A DNA stretch of 64,000 nucleotides, taken from assembly GCA_040222015.1 (NCBI GenBank), contig JAVJWO010000125.1:1-64000 (forward strand), in the 5' to 3' direction. A program made the translations under genes and the position numbers. The notes under the pieces are model-generated. The model saw nothing but the letters and a program-made list of their open reading frames with translations. It was not told where the DNA came from and ran no database searches. Of this stretch, positions 42,428 to 52,619 are shown piece by piece. This DNA comes from Coleofasciculus chthonoplastes F2-STO-03 (lineage in GTDB: Bacteria > Cyanobacteriota > Cyanobacteriia > Cyanobacteriales > Coleofasciculaceae). How positions within the stretch are numbered: the first letter of the stretch is position 1; each line of letters begins with the position of its first letter.

Positions 42428-45280
42428 ATGATAAGTTCTCAAGATACCCACACCGAGGACACTCGCCCACTGAACCGTGATCCGAAAATCGAATCCGTTT
42501 GCCAGTTTCTGGAGGATATCGAATCCCATTTTAAATATAAAACCCTTTTACATACCCAACACCCGATTCCCCGTAAATCCCTCTATATCCCAATTCAAGT
42601 TACCCGCGAACGCAATTATCGCCATGAGGTGGAAACCTTCTGGGGATACGCAGAATCAGAGGCTGAACTGAAACGCGCTTATGCGATAAAAAATCGCGAC
42701 GTAGAAGCCAAGCGTTATCGCGTTCCCTGGGAACAGGCAAAGAAAAACTATCAGCGCCTGATGGTTTTGGCTGATCCGGGAATGGGGAAAAGTGCGCTAT
42801 TGCGACGAGAAGCCGCATGGATGGCGGCGAGTGAACGGCAAAAATTGGTGGATGCTCAAATTACTGTTGAGGATGTTGTTTTTCCCTTGTTTATCCGCTT
42901 AGTGGATTTACATGAAACCGCAGATGATATCACGGTCGCGATCGCATCCCTGGTTCAACGGGATTATCCCACAACCTGGGCGGATATTCAACCCTGGTTA
43001 CAGGCAAAATTGCGTCAGGGAAAATGTCTGTTGTTGTTCAATGCTTTAGATGAAGTTCCCAAACGCGATCGCAATGCGTTAGCCACGAAACTGAACCAAT
43101 TCCTGGAAACCCATCCCTGTCCGATTATTTGTACCTCTCGGATTGTCGGGTATGGTGGCGCGTTTATTAATGGGGCAAAGGAAGTGGAAATTATTCCACT
43201 GAGTCAACCCCAGATTGAACGATTTATTCACGCCTGGTTTAAACATGGCACGGATACAGAAAAAGACGGGATTTCCGCTGACAGCTTAATTGAACAACTG
43301 CGACAAAATCCCCAACTGCGCGGCTTGGCACAAAATCCCCGATTACTTTATTTACTGTGCAGCTTATATTATGAGCAAGTCCTCACCTTACCCGCCCGTC
43401 GCAGTCAAATTTATCAGAAAACTGTCGAGTATCTCCTGAGTCAATGGACGCATCATCGGGCGGAAGAGAGTGGGGTTAAAATTCGCTTATTGGAAGACCT
43501 AGCTTATCAGTTTACCTGTAAAGGGCAAGATGTGTTTGATTCCCAGGAATTGAAACAGGAAATCGCTAACGCCCTAAACCAGGATCAGGCGTTAGAACCC
43601 TTAAGCCAACAAACCCCCGCCCAACTCTTGGTACAACTGTCTGGAGAACAGGGGATTCTGCATCGATTGACTCAAGAAGGCGATCGTTATGTGTTTATTC
43701 ACCGAATTACCCAGGATTATTTAACCGCCTGTTATTTGCAGCGGGTGATTCAAGAGAATCCCAGTCAGGGTATGGCATTGGTGAAAGCCCATTTGTGGGA
43801 TTATGATTGGCATCAAAGCATCAGTCTCCTGGCGGGATTAATGGATGATCCGATTCCGTTACTCGCCTGCATTACTCAAGAAAAAGATGATATATTCTCG
43901 ACGCTACTCTTATTAACTGGACGTGCGATCGCTGAATGTGATCAATTGTCTCATCCCTTAATTACTGAGGTAATTGACCACATTTATGACTTGTGGCATC
44001 ATTATCCCTTCGTTGGCTTCATTGCCTCCACCGTTGTCGCCTTGGGGCAAACCAATTCCCAGATGGCAGACAAATTACAGCAGGAATTGGATGAGAAACA
44101 GTATTATACCCGCAAAGATTTCGTCGCCGCCTTAATTGCCGCCTTGGGTCAAATTGGTAGTCCCTCCGCCGTCGCTACGTTAATTAAAGCCCTAAATCAG
44201 GGACCTTGGTATGTGCGCGGGGAAGCTGCTACCGCCTTGGGTTATATTGGCGATGCCGAAACCGTGAAAGCCTTAATCCCCGCCCTGCGGGATGAGGATA
44301 CCGTGGTTCGGGGTGAAGCTGCTGCGGCGATGGGGCGGATTGGCACATCGGCGGCGATACAGGCGTTAATTGTTGCCCTCCATGATACTGATAGTTATGT
44401 CCGGGGGGAAGCGGCGATGGCGTTGGCGCAGATTGGTACACCAGAAGCCTTGCAGGAATTGGTTAAGGTGCTCAATCACCCGGATAGCTTTGTTCGTTGG
44501 CAAGCCAGTGGTGCGATTCACCTGGAAAATCCTACAGTAGTGCAGGCGTTAATCCAGGCTTTGAACCATCCCCAGAATCAGATTCGCGAAGAAGCGGCGA
44601 TGGTATTGGGGAAAATCGCCACCAAGGAAACCCTGGAGGCATTAATTCCGGCATTGCAAGATGCTGATCCAGTGGTACGGGAAGAAGCGGCTGAGGCTTT
44701 GGCGCGATCGGGGAATCCTCAGACGTTGGAGGTGTTAATTCCGGCGTTAGAGGATACTGATCCGGTGGTGCGTCAGGAAGCAGCGGCGGCGTTAGGGCGG
44801 ATGGGAACAACACCCGCGTTAACCGCGTTAATCCCGATTCTTCAGGATCAGGATAAACGGGTGCGAAAACAGGGGATTGAGTCATTGGGGAGAATTGGTA
44901 CTCCGGCAGCACTACAGGCGTTAATTCCCCTATTAAAGGATAGCGATGGCGATATCCGAGGCGCAACGGCGACAGCCTTGGGGCGTATAGGTACTGCACC
45001 CGCATTGCAGGCATTAATGCCCTTGCTTAAGGATAATGACTGGTTTGTCCGGGAGCAAGCGGCAATGGCATTAAGTCGGATTGGCACACCGCAGACATTG
45101 GAGGCGTTATTGCAATTCCCGACAACTGAGATTGAACGCCCGGAAATCTTGACCTTGATTCGCACGTTGGCGGTGCGGTTTAGTCGGGAGAAGTCCCCAT
45201 TGGTGCCAGTGTATCCGGAGTTGGTGGGAGCTATGGGGGGATTCCGTCGGTTAGGGCGGAAATTGAGTGGAAAGCGATAA
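42428..45280 (+). CDS. NACHT NTPase with HEAT (PBS-lyase-like) repeats
   Basis: Walker A ADPGMGKS, Walker B LLFNALDE, CTSR, FIHRITQDYLTA, about 10 31-aa HEAT repeats. Confidence 0.9.
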   Translation: MISSQDTHTEDTRPLNRDPKIESVCQFLEDIESHFKYKTLLHTQHPIPRKSLYIPIQVTRERNYRHEVETFWGYAESEAELKRAYAIKNRDVEAKRYRVPWEQAKKNYQRLMVLADPGMGKSALLRREAAWMAASERQKLVDAQITVEDVVFPLFIRLVDLHETADDITVAIASLVQRDYPTTWADIQPWLQAKLRQGKCLLLFNALDEVPKRDRNALATKLNQFLETHPCPIICTSRIVGYGGAFINGAKEVEIIPLSQPQIERFIHAWFKHGTDTEKDGISADSLIEQLRQNPQLRGLAQNPRLLYLLCSLYYEQVLTLPARRSQIYQKTVEYLLSQWTHHRAEESGVKIRLLEDLAYQFTCKGQDVFDSQELKQEIANALNQDQALEPLSQQTPAQLLVQLSGEQGILHRLTQEGDRYVFIHRITQDYLTACYLQRVIQENPSQGMALVKAHLWDYDWHQSISLLAGLMDDPIPLLACITQEKDDIFSTLLLLTGRAIAECDQLSHPLITEVIDHIYDLWHHYPFVGFIASTVVALGQTNSQMADKLQQELDEKQYYTRKDFVAALIAALGQIGSPSAVATLIKALNQGPWYVRGEAATALGYIGDAETVKALIPALRDEDTVVRGEAAAAMGRIGTSAAIQALIVALHDTDSYVRGEAAMALAQIGTPEALQELVKVLNHPDSFVRWQASGAIHLENPTVVQALIQALNHPQNQIREEAAMVLGKIATKETLEALIPALQDADPVVREEAAEALARSGNPQTLEVLIPALEDTDPVVRQEAAAALGRMGTTPALTALIPILQDQDKRVRKQGIESLGRIGTPAALQALIPLLKDSDGDIRGATATALGRIGTAPALQALMPLLKDNDWFVREQAAMALSRIGTPQTLEALLQFPTTEIERPEILTLIRTLAVRFSREKSPLVPVYPELVGAMGGFRRLGRKLSGKR

Positions 45281-45503
45281 AACCCATTTGTCTTATGTCA
45301 TTTGTCTTGTGTCATTCGTAGGGACGGTAGGGACGGTAGGAGCGGTAGGGGCAAAGCATTCGCGCCCAAATTGATTGTACGATTAAATGTTAATCGCGAA
45401 TGCTTCGCCCATGCTATTGGCATCGTGCCTTAAGCGACAAACCAATTCGCGATCGCGGGATACCAATGGATAAGATTAGCCTACTAAGTAGGGGGAAAGA
45501 CAG

Positions 45504-46124
45504 ATGGTTCAAACGATTCAATCCAGAGATGTTACCCTACGAGAACTAAGGACTAATTTTGCTCTGCAACTCACCCATGATCCGCAATTTTTTCCAGAGT
45601 GGCAAGGGAATCTGCCCGAAATTACTGAGTTGCAACAACAACAGCTTGATCAGGTGAAAGCGGGGTATTTTAACTTACTCAATTATCCGCCCATGCTAGA
45701 AGGCGTGGTGAGAATGGCAATTCTTGACCCCTTGCTGTTTATTGGGGGATTTTACTTAGCCCCTTTTCATATCAAAGCGGAAAAATCGGTAAAGATTGCC
45801 ACAGAAGATGAGGAGACAATTATTACTGGAACTCTGGATGTTTTGGTTTTAAAGGATACCGTCTGGGTGATGGTGATTGAATCTAAACAAGTGGAGTTTT
45901 CGATTGAAGCGGGATTAGCACAAATTTTGTCTTATATGTTGGCAAATCCTAATCAGGAACAGCCGAGTTTTGGCATGATTACTACCGGAGGGAGTTTTAT
46001 TTTTCTCAAAGTGATATCTGGAGAGTCGCCTCAGTATGGGTTGTCCCGGTTATTCTCACTGCTGAATCCGGGTAATGATTTATATACAGTGCTGAAGATT
46101 TTAAAGCAGTTGGCTCAATTTTAA
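45504..46124 (+). CDS. HsdR_N-like restriction endonuclease-fold protein
   Basis: GTLDVLVL..WVMVIESK..GLAQILSYM..GMITTG. Confidence 0.75.
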   Translation: MVQTIQSRDVTLRELRTNFALQLTHDPQFFPEWQGNLPEITELQQQQLDQVKAGYFNLLNYPPMLEGVVRMAILDPLLFIGGFYLAPFHIKAEKSVKIATEDEETIITGTLDVLVLKDTVWVMVIESKQVEFSIEAGLAQILSYMLANPNQEQPSFGMITTGGSFIFLKVISGESPQYGLSRLFSLLNPGNDLYTVLKILKQLAQF

Positions 46125-46212
46125 ACCTTAGTCAGGGCGGGTTTAGTTATGTATAGGTGAAGTCAAAAACGGTAATCGTGAAACCCGCCCCTACGTAATA
46201 CCAAATTCTGTA

Positions 46213-46547
46213 GGGGCGACCCGCTTGGCTTAATTAACAACACCACTCCATTTAATTAAATCGGGTCGCCCTGTTCTAGCGATCGCATCCTCGGTTATTG
46301 GGGTTGAATGGATGTGCGATCGCGTTTTCAGATCGGGATAGATAAGAATAGGCGATCGCTCTCTGGTTAGCACATTCAAACCCCAATCATCGCCCTTTTG
46401 GGGCGACCCGCTTGGCTTAATTAACAACACCACTCCATTCAATTAGGTCGGGTCGCCCTATTCTCGCGATCGCATCCTCGGTGATTGGGGTTGAATGGAT
46501 GTGCGATCGCGTTTTTAGATATGGATAGATAAGATTAGGCGATCGCT
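46213..46547. repeat. direct duplication of a 148-bp REP/HIP1 unit
   Basis: 46213-46360 and 46400-46547 nearly identical, each with three GCGATCGC. Confidence 0.85.
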
Positions 46548-46973
46548 TGCCCTTTCACCCATTCCGAATACCAGAACCCAAACCCCTACTGTGTCTATCT
46601 ACTTCTCGACATCTTCCCCCACATCCCCTAACCCCAACTCCGGACCCCCTCGTTCCCCCCTGCGAGGAGGGATGACAGAGGATGCTTCGCTTTTGTTGCA
46701 TGGGAGAAGGGGAACCGGACTCTCTTGCTCCCCTCTTGCTCCCCTCTCCCAAGCTTGGGAGAGGGGCTGGGGGTGAGGGCTGGCGTGGGATAGGGGTTGA
46801 GCTTAAGTTGACACCAATACCCGCTTTGCTTCATCAACAACACCACTCCATTTAATTAATGCGATCGCGTCGCCCTGTCCATGGGCGAGTAGCGGCTTTG
46901 ATCTGTTGCCTGTTGCCTTTTCCCCAACAACCCCCAGCAGCTACAGTAGGAAAAGAGGATTCAAGACTGGCTG

Positions 46974-49778
46974 ATGACAGAGAACGAACTACTCCAACTC
47001 ATTGAACAAGCGGCGCGGGAGGAATGGACAGAACTTGACCTCTCCGGCAATAATTTAACCGTGCTACCGCCGGAAATTGGTCAACTCACTTCCCTGCAAA
47101 CCCTTTACCTCAGCGGCAGTAATATCCAAAAACTGCCCCCGGAAATCGTTCAACTCACCTCCCTGCAATCCCTTGACCTGGGCGGCAATAATATCCAAGA
47201 ACTGCCCCCCGAAATCGTTCAACTCACCTCCCTGCAATCCCTTGACCTCAGCTTCAATAAACTCCAAGAACTGCCGCCGGAAATCGGTCAACTCACTGCC
47301 CTGCAATCCCTTGACCTCAGCTTCAATAAACTCCAAGAACTGCCGCCGGAAATCGGTCAACTCACCTCCCTGCAATCCCTTGACCTCAGCTTCAATAAAC
47401 TCCAAGAACTGCCTATAGAAATCGGTCAACTCACCTCCCTGCAATCCCTTTACCTCAACGACAATAATATCCAAGAACTGCCTATAGAAATCAGGCAACT
47501 GCCAAACCTGAAAACACTAGATTTACGCCGCAATCCCCTCCCTATCCCCCCAGAGATTTTGACAGATACCGAAAATATCCAAGAAATCCTCGACTTCTAT
47601 TTCCGCATCCAAGACCCCACAGAAACCGCCCCCCTCTACGAAGCAAAATTCATCATCGTCGGTGAAGGTGCAGCCGGAAAAACCACCTTAGCCAAGAAAA
47701 TCGAAACCGAAACCTACGAACTCCAACCTGATGAAGAATCCACCCAAGGTATTGATGTCATCCAATGGCACTTTCCCCACGCCAACGGAGAAGACTTTCG
47801 CGTCAATATCTGGGACTTTGGCGGACAGGAAATCTATCATCAAACTCACCAATTCTTTCTGACAAAACGCTCACTTTATGCCTTAGTTGCCGATGAACGC
47901 AAAGAAAACACCGATTTTTACTGGTGGCTAAAAGTCGTGGAACTCCTCAGCGACAATAGCCCCGTTCTGATTATCAAGAATGAAAAACAAGACCGTCAAT
48001 GTCCGGTCAACGAACGCCAATTTCGGGGAGAATTCACCAATCTCCAAGCAGTTATCCCCGCCAACTTTGCCAGCAATCGCGGACTCACTGAAATCAAAGA
48101 CGCGATTAAACAATATATTACCCATCTTCCCCATGTAGGCAACCCCTTACCTAAACTCTGGGTACGAGTTCGTGCAGCCTTAGAAAACGATTCCCGCAAC
48201 TATATCACCCAACAAGACTACGACCAAATTTGCCGCCGCAATCAATTAACTGACCGCCAAGATATGCGGCGTCTCAGTCGCTATTTACATGACCTCGGTG
48301 TATGCCTCCATTTCCAAGATGATCCCACCCTAAAACACTATATTATTCTCAAACCCGAATGGGGAACCACCGCCGTTTATAATGTTCTAGATAATCCCAC
48401 CGTCCAGAAAAATCTCGGCTGTTTCACCCAAGACACCCTGGCTGATATTTGGCATGAAGATGAATATAATCAAATGCAGGATGAACTGCTGCAATTAATG
48501 ATCCGGTTCAAACTCTGCTACCCCATCCCCAATCAGACAAATACCTACATCGCCCCTCAACTTTTAGATATCAATCAACCCGACTACGATTGGGATGAGC
48601 AAAATAATCTCATCTTGCGCTATGACTACGACTTTATGCCCAAAGGAATCCTCACCCGCTTCATAGTCGAAACCCACCCCTGGATAGAAAACCAAACCCG
48701 CGTCTGGCGCAGTGGCGTACTCCTCAACAAATACCAAACTCGCGCTGAAATTATAGAATATTACTATCAACGCCAGATAAAAATACGGGTATCAGGAAGC
48801 CGCAAAAAAGAACTCCTCGCCGTGATTACCCATGAACTGGAAAAAATCCACGCCTCTTATGAACGATTGCGGTATACTCCCCTCGTTCCCTGTAACTGTA
48901 ACGAATGCTTAGGCAGTCCTAATCCCTATTCCTATCGCCTAGATAACCTCCGCAAACGCTTAAACGCAAGTCGCTATCAGATTGAATGCGATAATAGTTA
49001 TCAAATGGTAGATGTGCGCCGTTTAATTGATGACGTGAACCTCTCCCCCTACCCGCAAGACCATGCTGATAAACTAGGGATAGACTCACCCTTCGATAAG
49101 GCTACAGATTCCCAATTACAACAGGAACTGAAACAGGAAAGAGAAGCCTCCTTTACCCATCCCCACCGCCAAACCTCCCCCAAGGATTCCCCGATGATGG
49201 ATAAACCCGACGCCGCCGACTTTGAGAAAGAAATCTTTATCTCCTATGCTTGGAGAGGGGAAAGTGAGGATTTTGTCAACCGTCTCGATGAGGTGTTTCA
49301 ATCCCAGGGAATCACGATTGTGCGGGATAAGCGAGACTTAGGGTATAAAGGGCTAATCAAGGAATTCATGCAGCGCATCGGTAAGGGGAAATGCGTCATC
49401 GTCGTAATTAGCGATGGCTATCTCAAATCCAAAAACTGTATGTATGAACTCGTCCAGATTGCCAACAATGGCGAATTCTACAACAGAATCTTCCCGATTG
49501 TCCTATCTGACGCCAATATTTATGACCCAATTGACCGTGCTGATTATATCATTCACTGGCAAGAACAAATCGATAAACTTGAAAACAAAATAAAACTAAT
49601 CACCTCTTCCGCCAACCTCCCCAGTTTACGAAGTTCGATTGACGAATACACCGAGATTCGCGCCACAATCGATGGACTCACCGATACGCTACAAAACATG
49701 AATACCCTCACCCCCGATATTCACAGCGAATCGGGGTTTAATGATTTAATTAACGCCATTCAACAACAACTATTGTAG
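46974..49778 (+). CDS. LRR-Roc-COR-TIR (prokaryotic Roco) protein
   Basis: 23-aa LRRs, P-loop GEGAAGKTT, WDFGGQE, COR motif LHDLGVCLHF, TIR IFISYAW...CMYEL. Confidence 0.93.
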   Translation: MTENELLQLIEQAAREEWTELDLSGNNLTVLPPEIGQLTSLQTLYLSGSNIQKLPPEIVQLTSLQSLDLGGNNIQELPPEIVQLTSLQSLDLSFNKLQELPPEIGQLTALQSLDLSFNKLQELPPEIGQLTSLQSLDLSFNKLQELPIEIGQLTSLQSLYLNDNNIQELPIEIRQLPNLKTLDLRRNPLPIPPEILTDTENIQEILDFYFRIQDPTETAPLYEAKFIIVGEGAAGKTTLAKKIETETYELQPDEESTQGIDVIQWHFPHANGEDFRVNIWDFGGQEIYHQTHQFFLTKRSLYALVADERKENTDFYWWLKVVELLSDNSPVLIIKNEKQDRQCPVNERQFRGEFTNLQAVIPANFASNRGLTEIKDAIKQYITHLPHVGNPLPKLWVRVRAALENDSRNYITQQDYDQICRRNQLTDRQDMRRLSRYLHDLGVCLHFQDDPTLKHYIILKPEWGTTAVYNVLDNPTVQKNLGCFTQDTLADIWHEDEYNQMQDELLQLMIRFKLCYPIPNQTNTYIAPQLLDINQPDYDWDEQNNLILRYDYDFMPKGILTRFIVETHPWIENQTRVWRSGVLLNKYQTRAEIIEYYYQRQIKIRVSGSRKKELLAVITHELEKIHASYERLRYTPLVPCNCNECLGSPNPYSYRLDNLRKRLNASRYQIECDNSYQMVDVRRLIDDVNLSPYPQDHADKLGIDSPFDKATDSQLQQELKQEREASFTHPHRQTSPKDSPMMDKPDAADFEKEIFISYAWRGESEDFVNRLDEVFQSQGITIVRDKRDLGYKGLIKEFMQRIGKGKCVIVVISDGYLKSKNCMYELVQIANNGEFYNRIFPIVLSDANIYDPIDRADYIIHWQEQIDKLENKIKLITSSANLPSLRSSIDEYTEIRATIDGLTDTLQNMNTLTPDIHSESGFNDLINAIQQQLL

Positions 49779-50000
49779 GGGCGGGTTTAGGGATAAAATA
49801 AATGGGGATACCGATAACTTACCCACAAAACCCGCCCGGATTCTTGTAGGGGCGGATTTAGGGATAAAATAAATGGGGATACCGATAACTTACCCACAAA
49901 ACCCGCCCGGATTCTTGTAGGGGCGGGTTTAGAGATAAAATAAATGGGGATACCAATAACTTACCCACAAAACCCGCCCGGATTCTTGTAGGGGCGGGTT
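49775..50000. repeat. three tandem 71-bp REP doublets
   Basis: Units start at 49775, 49846 and 49917, partial at 49988. Confidence 0.9.
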
Positions 50001-50028
50001 CCGTTACTATTATCAAAGGATTCAGCCT

Positions 50029-50976
50029 ATGGGAAGACAATACGCCGTCATCGGTACAGGCGCGATCGGAGGATTTTACGGCGCTTGCTTGCAAAAAGCT
50101 GGACTCGATGTCCATTTTCTCCTCCGGCGTGATTATGACTATGTAAAGCAGCATGGTTTGGCAATTTCGTCAACCTGGGGAGACTTCACTTTACCCCAGG
50201 TGAATGCCTATAACCATGTCAAAGATATGCCCCCTTGTGATGTGGTATTAATCGCCCTCAAAACCATCCAAAATCATCTCCTCCCGCACCTGCTTCCGCC
50301 TCTGCTCAAACCTGGAACTGTGGTGATTACGTTACAAAATGGGTTAGGGGTTGAACCCGAAATTGCCGCCATAGTCGGGGAAACTGTGGAAGTATTAGGG
50401 GGACTCTGCTTTGTCTGTTCTAATAAAATTGGTTTGGGTCAAATTCACCATCTCGATTATGGTCAAATCCAGCTAGGTGCTTATGGAAATAACCACCAAC
50501 CTCAAGGAATTACGCCAACAATGCGTCAGATTGCGGCTGACTTTGAGCAAGCCAATATTCCGATTCAGCTTGCGGAGAATTTACTCCTCGCCCGGTGGAA
50601 AAAATTGGTGTGGAATATTCCCTATAATGGTTTATCTGTCGTCTTAGATGCCACAACTGATGCGATGATGAAAGATAGTCATGGGCATCAGCTATCGGAA
50701 CAACTGATGCGAGAGGTTGTAGCCGGGGCGGCGGGGTATGGTTTAGAGATACAAGAAAGCTTTGTACAAAAAATGCTGGATTATACGATGAAGATGAAAC
50801 CCTATCGTACCAGCATGAAAATCGACTATGATTGTCATCGCCCCTTGGAAGTCGAAGCCATGTTTGGCAACCCAATGCGGGCGGCGCAAGCGGTTGGGGT
50901 GGCGGTTCCCAAAATAACCATGCTCTACCAACAATTAAAATTTTTGGATGCCAGAAATATCACGATTGAGGATTAG
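50029..50976 (+). CDS. panE: 2-dehydropantoate 2-reductase (ApbA/PanE family)
   Basis: GTGAIGGFYG, LQNGLG, WKKLVWN, TSMKID. Confidence 0.88.
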   Translation: MGRQYAVIGTGAIGGFYGACLQKAGLDVHFLLRRDYDYVKQHGLAISSTWGDFTLPQVNAYNHVKDMPPCDVVLIALKTIQNHLLPHLLPPLLKPGTVVITLQNGLGVEPEIAAIVGETVEVLGGLCFVCSNKIGLGQIHHLDYGQIQLGAYGNNHQPQGITPTMRQIAADFEQANIPIQLAENLLLARWKKLVWNIPYNGLSVVLDATTDAMMKDSHGHQLSEQLMREVVAGAAGYGLEIQESFVQKMLDYTMKMKPYRTSMKIDYDCHRPLEVEAMFGNPMRAAQAVGVAVPKITMLYQQLKFLDARNITIED

Positions 50977-51506
50977 GAATTGGCAAAGTCTTTCGCTCAA
51001 AAGTATAGCGCTACACGCCAGGGAATAGTGAATAGTGAATGGGCAATAGTGAATGGGCAATAGTGTAGTGAAGACAAAAGCTTACCTTACCAGGGATTGA
51101 GCGATTTAAATTTTTATTCATTTGTCCTAACCTTAGTGCGTAAGTAGGTTAGTGGAAATAAACTTAACTAGATTAAGTTATGGAAACAAATCTCAAACCC
51201 TTACTGTTCCCTGTTCCCTGTTCCCTCCCCTCACCCCCAAACTTATTCAGCAGACCCTATATATTTGTAGGGGCGGGTTTAGGGAATTTTATGTCGCCAT
51301 TGCTGATAACCTTTATGCAAAACCCGCCCTGACTAAGTTTTGATTTTTGCCCACAATTGCGGCGTGACACAGCTAAAATTGTGGAATAGATTTGACGTTA
51401 AATGGGGCGCAAGCCTTGCGCCCCTACGGTTTCTCGACGTAAGCGGTAAAGCCAAACGCTTCAAAAGCACATCTCTACACATTCCTCTGTTCCCCCGCCG
51501 AACCGG

Positions 51507-51561
51507 ACTGGTCAGGTTTGGGTTTTTCAAGCCCCCGACTTATAGTCGTGGGGTTCCTGAC
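51507..51561 (-). ncRNA. 5' stub of a HEARO/IscB omegaRNA-like element
   Basis: Minus strand GTCAGGAACCCCACGACTATAAGTCGGGGGCTTGAAAAACCCAAACCTGACCAG: GTCAGG/CCTGAC closing stem plus IS200/IS605-like hairpin. Confidence 0.5.
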
Positions 51562-51686
51562 ATCCTCTGACATCCTCTAAGATTGACTTGCCTGACTATA
51601 ATCATGGGCAAAATACTGAACTAATATTTGAACCTGATAATATCTTGCCAAACTCCCGCCATCGATGTTAGAGTATATACGGTTGA

Positions 51687-51789
51687 TTTTCGGTAGAGTA
51701 AGCTTGTTTCGATTTTTTCGATTTCGATTTTGTCCGCAGGCACTTCTCCGATGTAACTCGCTACAGGTTCAGTAAAAAGGAAGTGCCTT
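51687..51789 (+). promoter_or_regulatory. probable conserved rbp 5'-UTR element
   Basis: TTTTCGGTAG...CTCCGA complementary boxes ahead of an rbp gene, as in cyanobacterial cold-inducible rbp leaders. Confidence 0.45.
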
Positions 51790-52080
51790 ATGTCTATTTA
51801 CGTTGGTAATTTGTCCTACGATGTCACTCAAGAGGATTTGACGGAAGTATTTGCAGAATACGGTAGCGTCACTCGCGTGAGTGTACCAAAAGATCGTGAA
51901 ACCGGACGTCCACGAGGGTTCGCCTTTGTGGAGATGGAGTCTGAGTCTAACGAAGACAGTGCTATTGAAACCCTTGATGGTGCTGAATGGATGGGACGCT
52001 CAATGAAGGTTAACAAAGCAAGACCACGGGAACGAAGCAATGGGAATCGCGGTGGCGGCTATAACCGTGGCTCTTTTTAA
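51790..52080 (+). CDS. RRM RNA-binding protein with Gly-rich tail (RbpA-like)
   Basis: RNP2 IYVGNL, RNP1 RGFAFVEM. Confidence 0.96.
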   Translation: MSIYVGNLSYDVTQEDLTEVFAEYGSVTRVSVPKDRETGRPRGFAFVEMESESNEDSAIETLDGAEWMGRSMKVNKARPRERSNGNRGGGYNRGSF

Positions 52081-52619
52081 CTTAACTGGCGAGGGGTTTG
52101 GGGAGCTATAAGTCCCGAACTGTACCCGTGAGGTCAGTGTCGGGATACATGGACTCCCCAACTTCGGGGCATTGAACCCCTACTCAATTGATTGAATCGT
52201 GTTAGAGTTGAACCATGATCTAAAAACGTATCCAGGGACTCTGGAGAAGCAAGAAATTGGCTCTCAAGTCGAGGTATCGGGGGCAATGTGCCTAGATAAC
52301 TGGCGTAGGGGAGCAATGCCTAATAGCGATATTAGGAAGCCCTTATTGTAATCTTCGATTCGATGTTGGGATGATGTCACGTGTGTCATACTGATATCAC
52401 TACACTCCATGAGAGCGGTGATATATATAAATCGCGCCTTGTGAAAAAACTTGTTCACCGCTATAGCATTAAATGTTTAGCGGTGGGAGTGTCAAAAGCT
52501 GATTTCCTTATTTTTCCCTGAAATTTAGGAACGATGAGGAATTAAGTTATTATGGCTTTTGAAATTTGAGGGCAGGTAAATGTCTGCCCTTTTTGTGTTG
52601 AGCTTCAAAGGAGATAAGC

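Noticed and set aside
47064..47498. Antisense and alternate-frame ORFs over the LRRs
   Set aside because: By-product of 69-bp repeats and C-ending codon bias
46974..49778. Diversity-generating retroelement acting on the LRRs
   Set aside because: No reverse transcriptase and no TR/VR pair with adenine-specific mismatches seen
49775..50000. 71-bp periodic repeats as a CRISPR array
   Set aside because: Whole units are near-identical with no unique spacers; they are REP doublets
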